Part shown: piece after piece, positions 63,601 to 64,000 of the stretch | Position numbering within the stretch: position 1 is the stretch's first letter | How the letters are laid out: each line of letters opens with the position of its first letter | Source: Heterodontus francisci | Taxonomy: Eukaryota | Direction of reading: 5' to 3' | NCBI RefSeq assembly: GCF_036365525.1 | Contig: NC_090406.1 | Location: forward strand, 4,434,103 to 4,498,102 | Length of the DNA stretch: 64,000 nucleotides | Program-made: the position numbers and the translations under genes | Notes under the pieces: generated by a model | What the model was told of the DNA's origin: nothing | Seen by the model: the letters and a program-made list of their open reading frames with translations, nothing else | Database searches by the model: none

Positions 63601-64000
63601 TGGGGACGGACGGATAGTGTTCAGGGTGGGGACGGACGGAACGTGTTCAGGGTGGGGACGGACGGTGTTCAGGGTGGGGACGGACGGACGGTGTTCAGGG
63701 TGGGGACGGACGGTGTTCAGGGTGGGGACGGACGGTGTTCAGGGTGGGGACGGACGGTGTTCAGGGTGGGGACGGACGGACGGTGTTCAGGGTGTGGACG
63801 GACGGACGGTGTTCAGGGTGGGGACGGACGGTGTTCAGGGTGGGGACGGACGGTGTTCAGGGTGGGGACGGACGGTGTTCAGGGTGGGGACGGACGGTGT
63901 TCAGGGTGGGGACGGACGGACGGTGTTCAGGGTGGGGACGGACGGAATGTGTTCAGGGTGGGGACGGACGGTGTTCAGGGTGGGGACGGACGGATAGTGT
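57614..64000. repeat. >6.3-kb 26-bp minisatellite (GTGTTCAGGGTGGGGACGGACGGACG), TM6SF2 intron 3
   Basis: Read directly; 22/25/26-bp variants; 364-bp (14-mer) higher-order duplication near 61250-61980. Confidence 0.97.

Noticed and set aside
57589-63997. Many overlapping GTDGR/VFRV ORFs
   Set aside because: Translation of the 26-bp tandem repeat inside TM6SF2 intron 3

Overview
Eukaryotic genomic DNA, inferred to be from a cartilaginous fish (shark-type CR1 LINEs, tRNA-derived SINEs, 68-bp minisatellite); identifications rest on recalled human protein sequences, not database searches. Three spliced genes were reconstructed by hand. (1) SUGP2 on the minus strand: 5 exons from ATG 15046, with a 6th starting at base 1. 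(2) Complete SUGP1/SF4 on the plus strand: 14 exons, 15363-48515, 653 aa, with 2 SURP domains, a ULM and a G-patch. (3) Exons 1-3 of TM6SF2 on the plus strand (53419-57126). SUGP1 and SUGP2 sit head-to-head on one ~316-bp bidirectional promoter. The strongest unexplained signal is a 65-nt non-coding element directly upstream of each SURP exon of SUGP1. The two copies are 63/65 identical while the exons are only ~78% identical. Each copy consists of a strong unproductive acceptor, a 29-nt microexon, a GTRAGT donor, a 36-nt spacer and a weak productive AAG acceptor, so it looks like a twin splice-fidelity/NMD switch. Other leads: seven tandem PTB-binding-like GLLGxAP motifs and a possibly DIRS-gag-derived domain in SUGP2, atypical splice sites in SUGP1, nested LINE stacks, and three large G-rich minisatellites around TM6SF2 that create all the spurious long ORFs beyond 50 kb.
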